DNA from: a candidate division FCPU426 bacterium
GTDB lineage: Bacteria; Oederibacteriota; JAAXVQ01; JAUVAV01
Assembly: GCA_030637655.1 (NCBI GenBank)
Contig: DAOWGI010000099.1
Coordinates: forward strand, 1-64,000
Direction of reading: 5' to 3'
DNA: 64,000 nucleotides
Shown here: positions 10,101-19,490 of the stretch, in pieces
Layout of the letters: each line of letters opens with the position of its first letter
How positions within the stretch are numbered: the first letter of the stretch is position 1
The notes under the pieces: model-generated
Seen by the model: only the letters and a program-made list of their open reading frames with translations
What the model was told of the DNA's origin: nothing
Database searches by the model: none
Position numbers and translations under genes: made by a program

Positions 10101-13100
10101 CCAAGGCGTCTAAGAATTTTTAATTGAATATTGGCGATTTCTTGTTTTATTTGCTCTGGAGCTAATTCCGGATTTTTCTTAATCAGTAGTAATGCCCGGT
10201 TGGCAAATTGCATGGCCTTATAGTATTCTTTATTTCTAATCTCATATTTTGCCTTATTAATCAATCCTTTGGGTGTTTTCATGTTTTTTTTATCAAACCA
10301 CGCATTGATTTCCACATGCAAAACATGAAAAGAGAAGATACCGGCAACAAAAACATATACAAACATCATTGGCGGGAGGTAATGCATTAAAATGTACGCA
10401 GTAGCGGATATGCCGGCTGCGATTATGGCATTTTTCATGGGGGTTGGTGTATCAGTGCGTAAAGCCGGGCTTAAAAAACGATTAAGACCAGGGGGCGCTC
10501 TATCCAAAATCCAGTTAGATACTTTATCCAAATGCAAAATTGGAAAGAAAATCAAGGCTATTTCAAACGTGCTCTGCATTTGCCCTATTATGGTGTCAAT
10601 CGGAAACCAGTCCGCGAGCAGCGGCATTCCCAGCATGCTCAGGCCCCACAGCCCGGTCACCACTACCCCGCCCAAAAAGAACACCCAGCCGGTTTCAATA
10701 AGGACGCGGTACTTGATATAGGTGTGCTGCGCTAAATCCGGAAACAGCATAAACGTCCACATCTTTAACAGCGCGGATTTCCCGCCGCGGGCCGCGCTCT
10801 TTTCATCAATATCTTTATCTCTTGTTTCAGTTTGTTTTTTATAATCTTCGATTATGTCTGCCAGCCTGGCAATTACTTTATATACAATATAATCTTCTTT
10901 TTCTAAAAATGCTTCATTATATTCACCCTCAATATTTGAAACGATAGTAACCTTTCTTTCCCCGGCATCGTCTTTCGAGACTTTAAATTGAATATATTTC
11001 TCTTCAGCCAGGTTTATTGTCGCGACTCCAGCTCTATTGAATACAAAACATTGAAAAATCTCGTCATTAGTTAAATTTTTAGTAAAGTCAATCAACTTCC
11101 CGCATGATTTAAACATAGTATTAGTAAGTGTTTTATTGTACTCCGCCACTACTTCAGCCAGCGCTAATGCCATGTTTGTTTTAAGACTCGTTTCTTTTTT
11201 CATTTCCATTAGATAGGCTTCAGATAACCCAAAATACAATCCCTTCACTTCCTCCATCAATAAATCGATTGAATTATATGCTGTTTTTAATTTTTCTTTA
11301 GCCGGATCACCCTGCTTTTTTTTAAGAGAACGTTCAATTTCATTGACTGCATTTTTATTTTTTTTCATACTGTTCTTCAGATTCTGCAAAGTTGCATCTT
11401 GAATTAATTTACGTAAAATTGAATCATTCTTATCATCAAGTATATTTATTTTTTCCTCTAATAATGATATCCCCTCTTTTAATTTAGACAGTTCCTCTTC
11501 AAAATACGGATTATTTTTATAAAATTGTTTTTTCCAGGCGGCTATTTTTTGCTTATCATTTTCATCTGACCGTGCCGGCTTGACCGGATATCCAGTCCCA
11601 TATTCAACCGGCGACAAATCAGCAGTCGTCAATTTATTTCTTTTTTTTAGCACAGCCTCTCTCTCTAATAATTTATGCAGCTGCTTTATTAATTCCATCT
11701 CTTCATTAGAAGGTTTTGCTTGTTCAACTAAGTGCGTATAAATTTCTTTTACCTTTATATTTTTTTCAGTAAATAATAATGAATCTAAATCCTTATCATC
11801 AAACATATGCATTACTGCTATTTCGGCCCAAAATTTATCCGATACTTTATAGCCATAGTAATCTTGAAAGCGTTTAGAATACCGCTTAAATATTTCCTCT
11901 AATATTTCCGCCTTATGTGGATCGTCTTTTAACAATCTTTGATAGGCAAGACGAAATCTTTCCGTAAACCACACCCTGAAAATTTCTTCTGTTTTTGCGA
12001 CTCTTACCCGAATAAATATCATTCCTGGTTTTACTAATCCAATTATTTCTTTTTTTTCTTTTTTACTTAATCCGGTTAAGTCTCGAATGTTTTCTTTCAC
12101 CATATTCATTAATGCTTTTTTTCGTTTAAGTGGAATGTGAACAGCCGCCTCTAAATCCGGCCTCATCGTGAAATTAATAAAAACTTTATTAAATAGATCA
12201 TCGGGTAAAATAAATGTATTTTTATTTACATGAGTCACTGGCGATTCGGCGGCCGGCGCCTGGCTTGCCTTACTAATCACTCCTCCGGGTGTTTTTATGT
12301 TTTTTTGAGCGAGCCACTTTAAAATGTAGTCCGCCAACCTATGCAGGCCGTCAAATACCAAAATTATGTATAAGGGATGCCAGGCTGACGGAAAAACTCC
12401 AATCCATACCACTGCCGTGGCCACGGAAATGACTAATGCCACCACTTTATCAGCTCTGGGCGTACTTTTCCCTATGTGGAAAACAGGAAACCAAATCAAA
12501 ATCGCCGCCATAGTGCTCTCAGGAGTATTGAGAAGAAACCAATTATAAAATCTGTGCGTAAATACATTGTCTATAAGATTATTTCCAGCCAGATATTGAA
12601 TCAGCGGCGTTGAATGGATTACAAAAGTGAGCAGCCATATGGTACCTATTCCCAGCGCCACCGCCCAAGCCGTCTCGATTTCCGGACGGAATTTATCGTA
12701 TGTTTGAGAGTCCAAGCCAAATCCCCCAAACAGCCGGAGTGTTAAAGATTTTATGGCCCCGGATTTTCCGGCAGGAAACGTTTTCGGCGCTTTTTCCCTT
12801 GTCTCAGTTGATTCCTTTCCTGCTTCTTCAATTATTTTTGCTACCCTGGCAATTGCTGGATAGATTTCATAACTATCTTTCTGCAAAACTGCTTCTCGCC
12901 TCTTACCATCATACATTGAAACAATAGTAGCTATTTCTTCTCCAGCTTCGTTTTCAGAGAGTTTGAATTTAATATATTTCTCTTCAGGTAAGTTTATTGT
13001 CACGACTCCGGATTCAATTGAATCAAAGCATTGAAGAATCTCCTTGTCCTTAAAACCGTAAATAGCATCGCCCAGAACCTCATCTAAATCAGGGATAAAT

Positions 13101-16100
13101 TTTGTTAATGATTTATTGTACTCTTTTACCATCACAACTAGCGCCGCTGCCATGTTCGTTTTCAGTTTCCTTATTTTTTCTGCTTGTTTTTCATCGGCTT
13201 CACGTATCTTCGAACCTACTTCCTTTGCTTTCTTCTTATATAATTCAGCTAAATCAAATGCCGTTTCTAAATTTTCTACAGCTGAATCACCTTGCATTGT
13301 TTGAAGTAAACGCTCAATTTCTTTGATTTCAGCTATAACTTTTTCTGCTTGTTCCTTCATTTTTTTCACTGACACATCATGAATTAAATTATTGTATTTT
13401 TCATCCGGCGCGCGAGATAAATAGTCAATAACAAGGATAGTACCCTTTGCCATGGGTATCAACTCTTTCAAGCGAGAGAATTCAGCTTCAAAATTTGGAT
13501 TTTCGTTGTGGAATTCTGCTCTCCAGGCGGCTATTTTTTGCGTGTGCTTGACAAGGTTTTTCACTTCATCATTAAAAATTGCTGCATCGTTATATTTATT
13601 AATAACATCTAATTCCCTACACCTTGATAAATATTTTTCATAAACTTCAACAACGGTTTTTTCTTTGGGCTCTTTGTAAAGATTGGTTATAAGTTCAAGT
13701 ACGGCTATTCCAAATTCAGCTTTTACTAAATCGTCATGTTTCTGTATTTTATTCAACTTTCCATTTAGTTCTTCACATTTCTCTGCACGCTTATCAATTT
13801 CCGGGTTAATTAGCAGATTATAAATATCAGTAAGAATTTGACCCGCATTCTTTTCATCTGCAACTGTTTCCTTTGCCGGATCCTCGGTCCCCGGCTGCCC
13901 TTCGTTCAATAAAGCAAGTTTGGTTTTCTTTCCAATCTCCAATATCCATTGTCTTGCCACTCGCGGCACTCCGGCTAATTGCATATGCCTTAAATCCATT
14001 CTCATTCGAGTTAATATCAATAGTACTGTTATTAAGATACCCTGTAAATTGACGCTGACTATAAATATTGCCAGCGCGATTCCAATTGCCGCGTCGGCCC
14101 AGGCTTGCGGACTTTTGATATCTACTCCAGCCGGGATATTCAAAATCCAAGTCAATACCTGTCCGAATTCAATGCCTGTCGCTGTCAGGTGCACAGTTTT
14201 GTAATCCCGCTTTATCTGCCAATATGCTTTCCAATAAAAAAGAAAATCCAGCAGGTGCACGGGCCATTCATAATCACCCAGGTTTTGTATTCCGAATACC
14301 GCTCCCAGCTTATCAATAGATTCATGTGCCAAGCCATGGGCGCGAAGGCTGAGTACCTGGGATTCCAATTCTTCAGCAACTGTAGTAGATTCTTGCCCCT
14401 GGGGTAATCCCCGCCATTTGGCAATAACTGTAAATAAATTAAAAGAAGAAAAGCCGATTAGAAAGATTGGCAGCAAGCCGAATCCGGAAGATGCTGTCTG
14501 CCAAATGCCAACAGCGAGACCGGCGAGGGCCAGTATTGCCACATCTTCAAGGTCGCGTTTGTGGATGAACTGTTTGGATTTCCCGCCTGAGGAAAATTCT
14601 TTTGATTTTATTTTATTTAATTCATTGACCAGCCAATCAATTGTTTCCTCCCTGGTCGAGGTGCTCATTAAATTTTCAATAGTACATTTCTCAGTTTTTG
14701 GTTTAAGCTCTCCGCCATTCTCTTTAAAAATTCTTATAATTTCGTTAGCCCAACTTACAATAATTATTCCTTCAAATTTTTCTTTATTAGAAAAGACTTG
14801 CTCCTTTTCTGCATTTTCTGTCATTCTTTTGTGCCATTGTTCGAATGTAGTAAACAGAGATTCGCTGAATTTCGCTTCCCCACCTGACTCCTTCACGGAT
14901 CCCTTCTTATTGTCCTTGTATGCCTCCTGAACTACTTTAAACATCATTTCTTTAATAGCAAGATCTTTGCTTTTATCAGGTTTGACTTTCTCATAAGAAA
15001 CTTCCGGATTTACTCCCAACACCTCAAGGGATGTTTTAGACTCCATCACAATTTCCACAAGGTCTTCATATTGTCTAATGCTATAAAATACCTCATTTAA
15101 TTTTCCTTCAACTAAATTACCTTGCATTGTTTGAAGAAGGCGTTCAATCGCATTCATTTCTTTTTTTGCATACTCTAATTCATTCTCCAGTTTCTCTGAT
15201 AATTTTTTTCGTCTATTATCATCTTCAGGCGCTAAAACTGATAAAATAATTTTTTTCCATTTATCGCCCAACTCTACTATCAATTCCAACTGAGAGAATT
15301 TTTTCCTGAATGGCGGTCTGCTTTCTTCGAATTCTTCTCTCCATTCGGCTATTACCTGCCTGCGCTTTTCTACCAGCTTTTGCGCCGCTTCTATGAAACG
15401 TTTTTTATCTGGAGCTTTATCTAAAATATTTAATCCCTGGCAACGTAATAAAAATTGCTCATAAGCTTCATCAACAGTATTAAGTCTAGTGTTTATAAAA
15501 ATCAAGAACATTAGATCAAGCGCGTGCTTCCCTAACTTTGCTTTTTCTGAAATGTTTTTCCCATTTGTTTTATTCAATTCATTACTTATTTTAGTGTGCT
15601 TTTCCACAAACTCAAAGGCATACGGATTTTTCATTAGAGCGAGAATTTCATCAAGGATTGTGTTAACCCCTTCTTTGCTCCCTTTTTCCCGCGCTTCATG
15701 TAGTGAGGCATACACTCGTTCTCTTTGCCAACCCATCTCTATGGTATAATTTTTAATAAGTGCATGTAAAACCAAAGAAAGAGGCAATGCCTGGCAAAAC
15801 GGCAATAAGGCGAAAGGAACCGCGAAAATCATTCCCCATACGAGCAGTTCGCTATACTCATTTAAATCTTTACGCATTTCTTTAAGACTAAATGCCCTTT
15901 TAAACCCGAGTATCTTGCTTTTGCCGTACCATTTTGCCATTAAATGCAAAACCATAAAGGCAACGCTCACCCACAGCATACCGGCGATCATGGTGTTGAA
16001 ATGGCCGGTGGTAAATCCATATGCCATCATCTGTCCGCCGGGCAAAGAAAATAATATTTTTTCTGTAATAGGATCAAACACCAGGCGGTTTCTTATTCTC

Positions 16101-18004
16101 TGGTTGCTGAATACGCGGCTAAACTCGTCCTTAATTTTTCCGCCAACTGCGCGCATGACAGGTATGGCTGCAATGATCCGAATATTTGCCCGATCCCACG
16201 CCTGACCCGGCAAATAAAATATTTTTGTGACAAACTCAACCGGTCGGCCACGGGATATATTTTGCATAGCTTTGACAGCCTGGTCCGGTTCGAGTACTGA
16301 CAGCCTAGTTCCTGCAATGACCACTGTAGGCAGTAGCGTGATTTTTCTTAAAAAGCTTTCCTTAATCATGCCTTCACGAGCAAGCAGCACATAAACAGGT
16401 TTGTTCTTTGATTTTAAGGAGGTTGCTAAAAGCTCAACGCCTTTTGGTATTTCCACCCGCAACTTGGCAAGTTCAAGCGGGCTAAGGCTGATAACTTTCA
16501 CCAGGTTATTTTCATCCAGATACGTGAGAGCTTTTTTTTGTAATGATTCAGGCGCTAATGTTAATAAGCACTTCAGTGTAAATTCCGTGCGCAAAAGAAA
16601 TGCTTTGATGCCCCATGATGTAGGCAAACTCATAATCGTCTGGTTTTTGGCCAGCAGTTTTTCCAGCGGGGTTTTTCTGTCCTGAAGCAGGAAAAAATAG
16701 GGGTTCACTACATCATGCCGGGTTACGCGCGGCTTTATGGAGACATGGGTTATATCCCGGCGTTTGAGTTCAGCTAGAACCTTATCTGTGTGAAAGCCGC
16801 CGTTGATCATGACTGCCAGGTTCTCGTCCAGGCAATCCATTTTCCGGACCAGGTTATCCACAAAGTGAATGCTCCGCTCATCGGCCAGGCGGTAAAACTC
16901 CTCGACTTTATTTAGATATTCATCCAGGGCATACATATCACTTTCAATATAATCCACTTCATTGGTGGGCGATTCACGAATCGCCCCTACGAAATTTATA
17001 AATGCCTGGATTGTATATTTTTCCCGCTCTGTGCGGAATTTGTCCAGCTCTTCGGGTGAAACCGAGATGTTGAGAAGTCTTTCTATGATATCCAGGCGGG
17101 TGTATAGCTCATCCAGTTCCTGCTGCGTGTTATTTGAATAGAGATACCCGCGGATATTAGCGTCCAGTTTGTCCAGTTCCTGGAAAAGCTGGTCCGGGTC
17201 AACTTCCGGCAAGAAGACATTTTGTTTCAGACTGAGAAAGCGGGCCAAATTGGGATACACGCTCAAATCCACTTGCAGCTTACGGGCTGTGTGGTGCAGA
17301 TATGCGCTGTATTTAAGAATGTCTATATTGCCTTCACGATATGCCACGCGCTTGCCATCGAATTTCAAGAGCCGGGAATTATAAATATCAGCTTTCAATT
17401 CTTCCAGCATATCGCGCAGATCATAGCAATAGCCCTGGCTCTCGGCATTCAAAAAAGCACGCACTGCCTGTTGGCCGGCCTTATACAATTCCGGAGTTTC
17501 AATGCCCACCAGCCGTATATCCTGCCCACTCGTGCACACGTAATATTCCGCGCCTGTGATCTTGCCCTGTTTGACAAAATAATCACTCACTTGTTCCCGG
17601 ATTTTTTTAATTGGAAAGGTGCTGATCTTATCCGTATTAACCGTATCAAATGCTCCTTCCTCACCTATCAGTTTCAAACCGTTTTTTTTGACCAGGTGTT
17701 GAATGATGTTGGCAATGTTTTTCTGTACCTCATAATTGCAATGCAGATCCTGGATGCAGACTATGGTTTTCCCATTGCCCTGAAATCCCCGGCTGATGGC
17801 GCCTATTTTCTCCGGGATGGTCAGCGCTTTTCCCAGGTGAGCAATCCGCATAAAATTAGGCTGGCATATAGCATAATTACCGGCATCAAAGGCCCAGGTC
17901 ACATAGGGCAGCACAAAACTCACGGTCATCATAATGGCGCAGGCTTTCAGCCATACGCTGAGCCGGGGATGGCGAAAAGCAGCGATAGATGGGATTTTAT
18001 TCAT
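7145..18004 (-). CDS. Giant (~3620 aa) multi-pass modular protein: signal anchor, Tiki/TraB/EreA-like N-domain, three internal repeats, TM bundles, pseudokinase
   Basis: Single 10.9-kb ORF; RBS AAGGAG before ATG 18004 (track start 18028); motifs IQDLHC, IGEEGA, GIE, GGFHT; ERLLQTMQG/ERSLKKKQG repeats; kinase-like YELREKISGSEGGYG...VMDLVEG. Confidence 0.85.
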   Translation of the reverse strand: MNKIPSIAAFRHPRLSVWLKACAIMMTVSFVLPYVTWAFDAGNYAICQPNFMRIAHLGKALTIPEKIGAISRGFQGNGKTIVCIQDLHCNYEVQKNIANIIQHLVKKNGLKLIGEEGAFDTVNTDKISTFPIKKIREQVSDYFVKQGKITGAEYYVCTSGQDIRLVGIETPELYKAGQQAVRAFLNAESQGYCYDLRDMLEELKADIYNSRLLKFDGKRVAYREGNIDILKYSAYLHHTARKLQVDLSVYPNLARFLSLKQNVFLPEVDPDQLFQELDKLDANIRGYLYSNNTQQELDELYTRLDIIERLLNISVSPEELDKFRTEREKYTIQAFINFVGAIRESPTNEVDYIESDMYALDEYLNKVEEFYRLADERSIHFVDNLVRKMDCLDENLAVMINGGFHTDKVLAELKRRDITHVSIKPRVTRHDVVNPYFFLLQDRKTPLEKLLAKNQTIMSLPTSWGIKAFLLRTEFTLKCLLTLAPESLQKKALTYLDENNLVKVISLSPLELAKLRVEIPKGVELLATSLKSKNKPVYVLLAREGMIKESFLRKITLLPTVVIAGTRLSVLEPDQAVKAMQNISRGRPVEFVTKIFYLPGQAWDRANIRIIAAIPVMRAVGGKIKDEFSRVFSNQRIRNRLVFDPITEKILFSLPGGQMMAYGFTTGHFNTMIAGMLWVSVAFMVLHLMAKWYGKSKILGFKRAFSLKEMRKDLNEYSELLVWGMIFAVPFALLPFCQALPLSLVLHALIKNYTIEMGWQRERVYASLHEAREKGSKEGVNTILDEILALMKNPYAFEFVEKHTKISNELNKTNGKNISEKAKLGKHALDLMFLIFINTRLNTVDEAYEQFLLRCQGLNILDKAPDKKRFIEAAQKLVEKRRQVIAEWREEFEESRPPFRKKFSQLELIVELGDKWKKIILSVLAPEDDNRRKKLSEKLENELEYAKKEMNAIERLLQTMQGNLVEGKLNEVFYSIRQYEDLVEIVMESKTSLEVLGVNPEVSYEKVKPDKSKDLAIKEMMFKVVQEAYKDNKKGSVKESGGEAKFSESLFTTFEQWHKRMTENAEKEQVFSNKEKFEGIIIVSWANEIIRIFKENGGELKPKTEKCTIENLMSTSTREETIDWLVNELNKIKSKEFSSGGKSKQFIHKRDLEDVAILALAGLAVGIWQTASSGFGLLPIFLIGFSSFNLFTVIAKWRGLPQGQESTTVAEELESQVLSLRAHGLAHESIDKLGAVFGIQNLGDYEWPVHLLDFLFYWKAYWQIKRDYKTVHLTATGIEFGQVLTWILNIPAGVDIKSPQAWADAAIGIALAIFIVSVNLQGILITVLLILTRMRMDLRHMQLAGVPRVARQWILEIGKKTKLALLNEGQPGTEDPAKETVADEKNAGQILTDIYNLLINPEIDKRAEKCEELNGKLNKIQKHDDLVKAEFGIAVLELITNLYKEPKEKTVVEVYEKYLSRCRELDVINKYNDAAIFNDEVKNLVKHTQKIAAWRAEFHNENPNFEAEFSRLKELIPMAKGTILVIDYLSRAPDEKYNNLIHDVSVKKMKEQAEKVIAEIKEIERLLQTMQGDSAVENLETAFDLAELYKKKAKEVGSKIREADEKQAEKIRKLKTNMAAALVVMVKEYNKSLTKFIPDLDEVLGDAIYGFKDKEILQCFDSIESGVVTINLPEEKYIKFKLSENEAGEEIATIVSMYDGKRREAVLQKDSYEIYPAIARVAKIIEEAGKESTETREKAPKTFPAGKSGAIKSLTLRLFGGFGLDSQTYDKFRPEIETAWAVALGIGTIWLLTFVIHSTPLIQYLAGNNLIDNVFTHRFYNWFLLNTPESTMAAILIWFPVFHIGKSTPRADKVVALVISVATAVVWIGVFPSAWHPLYIILVFDGLHRLADYILKWLAQKNIKTPGGVISKASQAPAAESPVTHVNKNTFILPDDLFNKVFINFTMRPDLEAAVHIPLKRKKALMNMVKENIRDLTGLSKKEKKEIIGLVKPGMIFIRVRVAKTEEIFRVWFTERFRLAYQRLLKDDPHKAEILEEIFKRYSKRFQDYYGYKVSDKFWAEIAVMHMFDDKDLDSLLFTEKNIKVKEIYTHLVEQAKPSNEEMELIKQLHKLLEREAVLKKRNKLTTADLSPVEYGTGYPVKPARSDENDKQKIAAWKKQFYKNNPYFEEELSKLKEGISLLEEKINILDDKNDSILRKLIQDATLQNLKNSMKKNKNAVNEIERSLKKKQGDPAKEKLKTAYNSIDLLMEEVKGLYFGLSEAYLMEMKKETSLKTNMALALAEVVAEYNKTLTNTMFKSCGKLIDFTKNLTNDEIFQCFVFNRAGVATINLAEEKYIQFKVSKDDAGERKVTIVSNIEGEYNEAFLEKEDYIVYKVIARLADIIEDYKKQTETRDKDIDEKSAARGGKSALLKMWTFMLFPDLAQHTYIKYRVLIETGWVFFLGGVVVTGLWGLSMLGMPLLADWFPIDTIIGQMQSTFEIALIFFPILHLDKVSNWILDRAPPGLNRFLSPALRTDTPTPMKNAIIAAGISATAYILMHYLPPMMFVYVFVAGIFSFHVLHVEINAWFDKKNMKTPKGLINKAKYEIRNKEYYKAMQFANRALLLIKKNPELAPEQIKQEIANIQLKILRRLGISVFYPNSNSLSLVKVGIESESDSVVSGSIIDGRYELREKISGSEGGYGDLFKAYDKTTNKIVAIRVSKPEEDYASILSECILLILLFGVPNIPKPGFAGYFKIENQEHSFYVMDLVEGDTLEKFLKKHPTTEKEVIRIASKIFKVLDDIHALGFAHTSINSKNIVISSTGEPAIINFSKPKPQLIKKDEAERKKDLDDVIALIREMMEKIPKKSAHYDGIMNELDKLKGASIEETRAAFGRIMLSVKLDNLPAAKEEEASKYGESIDKRNSSYDKVPLLRRGVILLLGLWLFTLPSIGAANNLLPVEKINNCSQMKEFKRSHGMTSLAAKMKDNPANITLKEVGRLEFIVRVVFSVFQNENEFYATRHMLRLLELDTLNKEEKGMSIRSSLAKQLLILSLEHQSKMYERTIKWQVKYLPKWMNPLNKVSLYKEEEAETIDTSERVGYADYYKNKTYRDLTPTDLGRLFEELTTDINIAQPDAEPITARLTDKKEVFKLLENEDFIARKDGNEKWLAAMEEVDKTLWQVLLKEFRGKCGEDLVAAGIIEHSLKSGLMEVNEKPKEKDKRDMETAAKTSIGVQEMYAVTAPNAVEFMNEVFKNIDIQANEELKERVDNFKALLKALGKTQGEVGQIAGLKLDAKIMRAVAAELDHLHAKDKEPAVVAIGTEDKETVYAVCDAKSKKIILKTAAGMEYDVLAPNIGEVIGKKSSKDKIIEQAQNSSLKWFGFKGREVKMADEIEPNIIDKIAFKVIMFLVQGLPARVKNIIMPLVLKDKALQIANINRAAALAERDLEEKDGFGQAKINIDKIALAKEFSQPNSYLRQQYRRMAQNPGELKLQANFARSIVRFMTKYEEIHRKEKQAESKGWTAIDRNRMIIMYATRLAENLNSIPIIENLAQPDIGHKVLKNKEDNTETKILGNVSVPAIIFPKALNKKQKGALEMRGPAGTLTDYLKRNYFIIDDNIREKHFKRMFKLRRGAMA
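16965..16990 (-). repeat. GTAG-type REP inside the giant ORF, read as VGAIRESPT
   Basis: Minus strand gtaggggcgattcgtgaatcgcccac, same form as intergenic REPs at 31411 and 46755. Confidence 0.8.
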
Positions 18005-18163
18005 TAGGATTTTACTCCTTAATATCAATTTATTTTAAATATATCACAGAAATTGAAGAAAGCAAACGTAGTAAATAAAAAAGAAATTTAATTGTTTTAA
18101 GAGGTGTGTTTCATTTCGAAGCGCTAAAAGAGGCAAAAATTACCATTATTTTAACGTCAATAT

Positions 18164-18267
18164 CGGGGCTGCGAAGCGTCCCTCTTCGATGTTTTTCCGA
18201 TCGGGGCTGCATAGCGTACCAACTTTTCAATAATTACTCAGGCCAGGACTGCGTAGCGTCCCTCTAC
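18164..18267. repeat. Three degenerate GGGCTGCG-N-GCGTCCCT units
   Basis: About 45 bp of this block recurs at ~40195-40238 inside a MITE. Confidence 0.6.
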
Positions 18268-18296
18268 ACATTCATTCCAAAGCCAGACACCGTTGA

Positions 18297-19490
18297 TCAC
18301 TTTTTATAATTCGCCAAGGTCTCCTGGTATACTTCAATTGTAGCTGCTGTCATCATTTCTTTATTGAAATGCATACATACATTATGCCGTCCGGTTTTAC
18401 CCAACCGCCGGCTTAAAACCTTATCTTGCATAAGCATAATGGTCCGATGCGCCAGGGTCTCATAATCACGGATTGGCACCACATAACCATTTATATCATC
18501 CAGAATGATCTCCGGCATACCGCCGGCCCGGGATACAACCATGGGTTTTTCCGTGGCTTGCGCTTCCAGCATGGTTAGACCAAAGGGTTCCAAGGCAGTG
18601 GAAGGATAAATGCAAACTTCAGCCAAATTATACAGCTCTGCCATTTGATCAATACTAAAAGAATCAATATACATATGGTCCTGCATATCCAAGATACGAA
18701 TCAATTCGGACATGAATTCCATGTCCCCGTCCATATGCTGATCCCAATCAATGATATTCCCGGAACCTGCCAATACTAAAATGGTATTATCAATGTACTT
18801 CCGGACAATATTGGCCGCTTTAATACTAATATCCCCGCCTTTACCCAGGGATATCCGGGCCGGATGGAAGATTACCCGTTTGCCTTTCAAACGCGGATAT
18901 TTGTCATACAGATGCTCCACCTCAGTCAATGGTTGAAACTTATCCGTATCAATCCCATGATGTACTACTGTGACACGCTCATTGGGAAAACCAATACCGG
19001 TTATTTCCTTCTTAATAAAATGACTTACCGCAATGATATGATCCCAGGGAAACTTGGCAGTCAATTCCAGAAAAATATTTTCATTCCAGACATTGTGGGC
19101 GGTTAATATTATAGGAATGCCTTTTTCCTTGGCAACTTCAGCCAGCACTGTGGCATGGGTCCGGGTAAAATAATGCATATTATGGGCATGAATAATATCC
19201 GGTTTAGCCAAATTTAAAAACGCTTTCAACTCTTTGGCAACCTGTTCTTCCGTAATCCCGGAATCCGTTCTTGCGACTCGGCTCAAATCCATGACCGAGG
19301 AATGAATGACTTCCACACCATGAAAATTCATACGTTTGTCAACGCCTTCTACTGTAGAAGTAAATACCCATTGCCGGTGACCGCGCGCGACCAATTCCGG
19401 CAATAAAATGGACATGTGAGTCTCTACACCACCTATGGTCGGCGGAAAACCCCAGTGTAATTGTGCTATTGTCATTGACCGACTTCCCAT
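18297..19490 (-). CDS. Glycosyltransferase family 4
   Basis: PPTIGGVETH, IIAVSHF, EPFGLTMLEAQA, SRAGGMPEII; overlaps the GH65 stop. Confidence 0.9.
   Translation of the reverse strand: MGSRSMTIAQLHWGFPPTIGGVETHMSILLPELVARGHRQWVFTSTVEGVDKRMNFHGVEVIHSSVMDLSRVARTDSGITEEQVAKELKAFLNLAKPDIIHAHNMHYFTRTHATVLAEVAKEKGIPIILTAHNVWNENIFLELTAKFPWDHIIAVSHFIKKEITGIGFPNERVTVVHHGIDTDKFQPLTEVEHLYDKYPRLKGKRVIFHPARISLGKGGDISIKAANIVRKYIDNTILVLAGSGNIIDWDQHMDGDMEFMSELIRILDMQDHMYIDSFSIDQMAELYNLAEVCIYPSTALEPFGLTMLEAQATEKPMVVSRAGGMPEIILDDINGYVVPIRDYETLAHRTIMLMQDKVLSRRLGKTGRHNVCMHFNKEMMTAATIEVYQETLANYKK

Noticed and set aside
17222-18007. 261-aa plus-strand ORF, and similar shadows such as 44646-45485
   Set aside because: Antisense to well-supported genes, with no motifs or RBS
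18164-18267. Mini-CRISPR
   Set aside because: Three short degenerate units that recur inside a MITE
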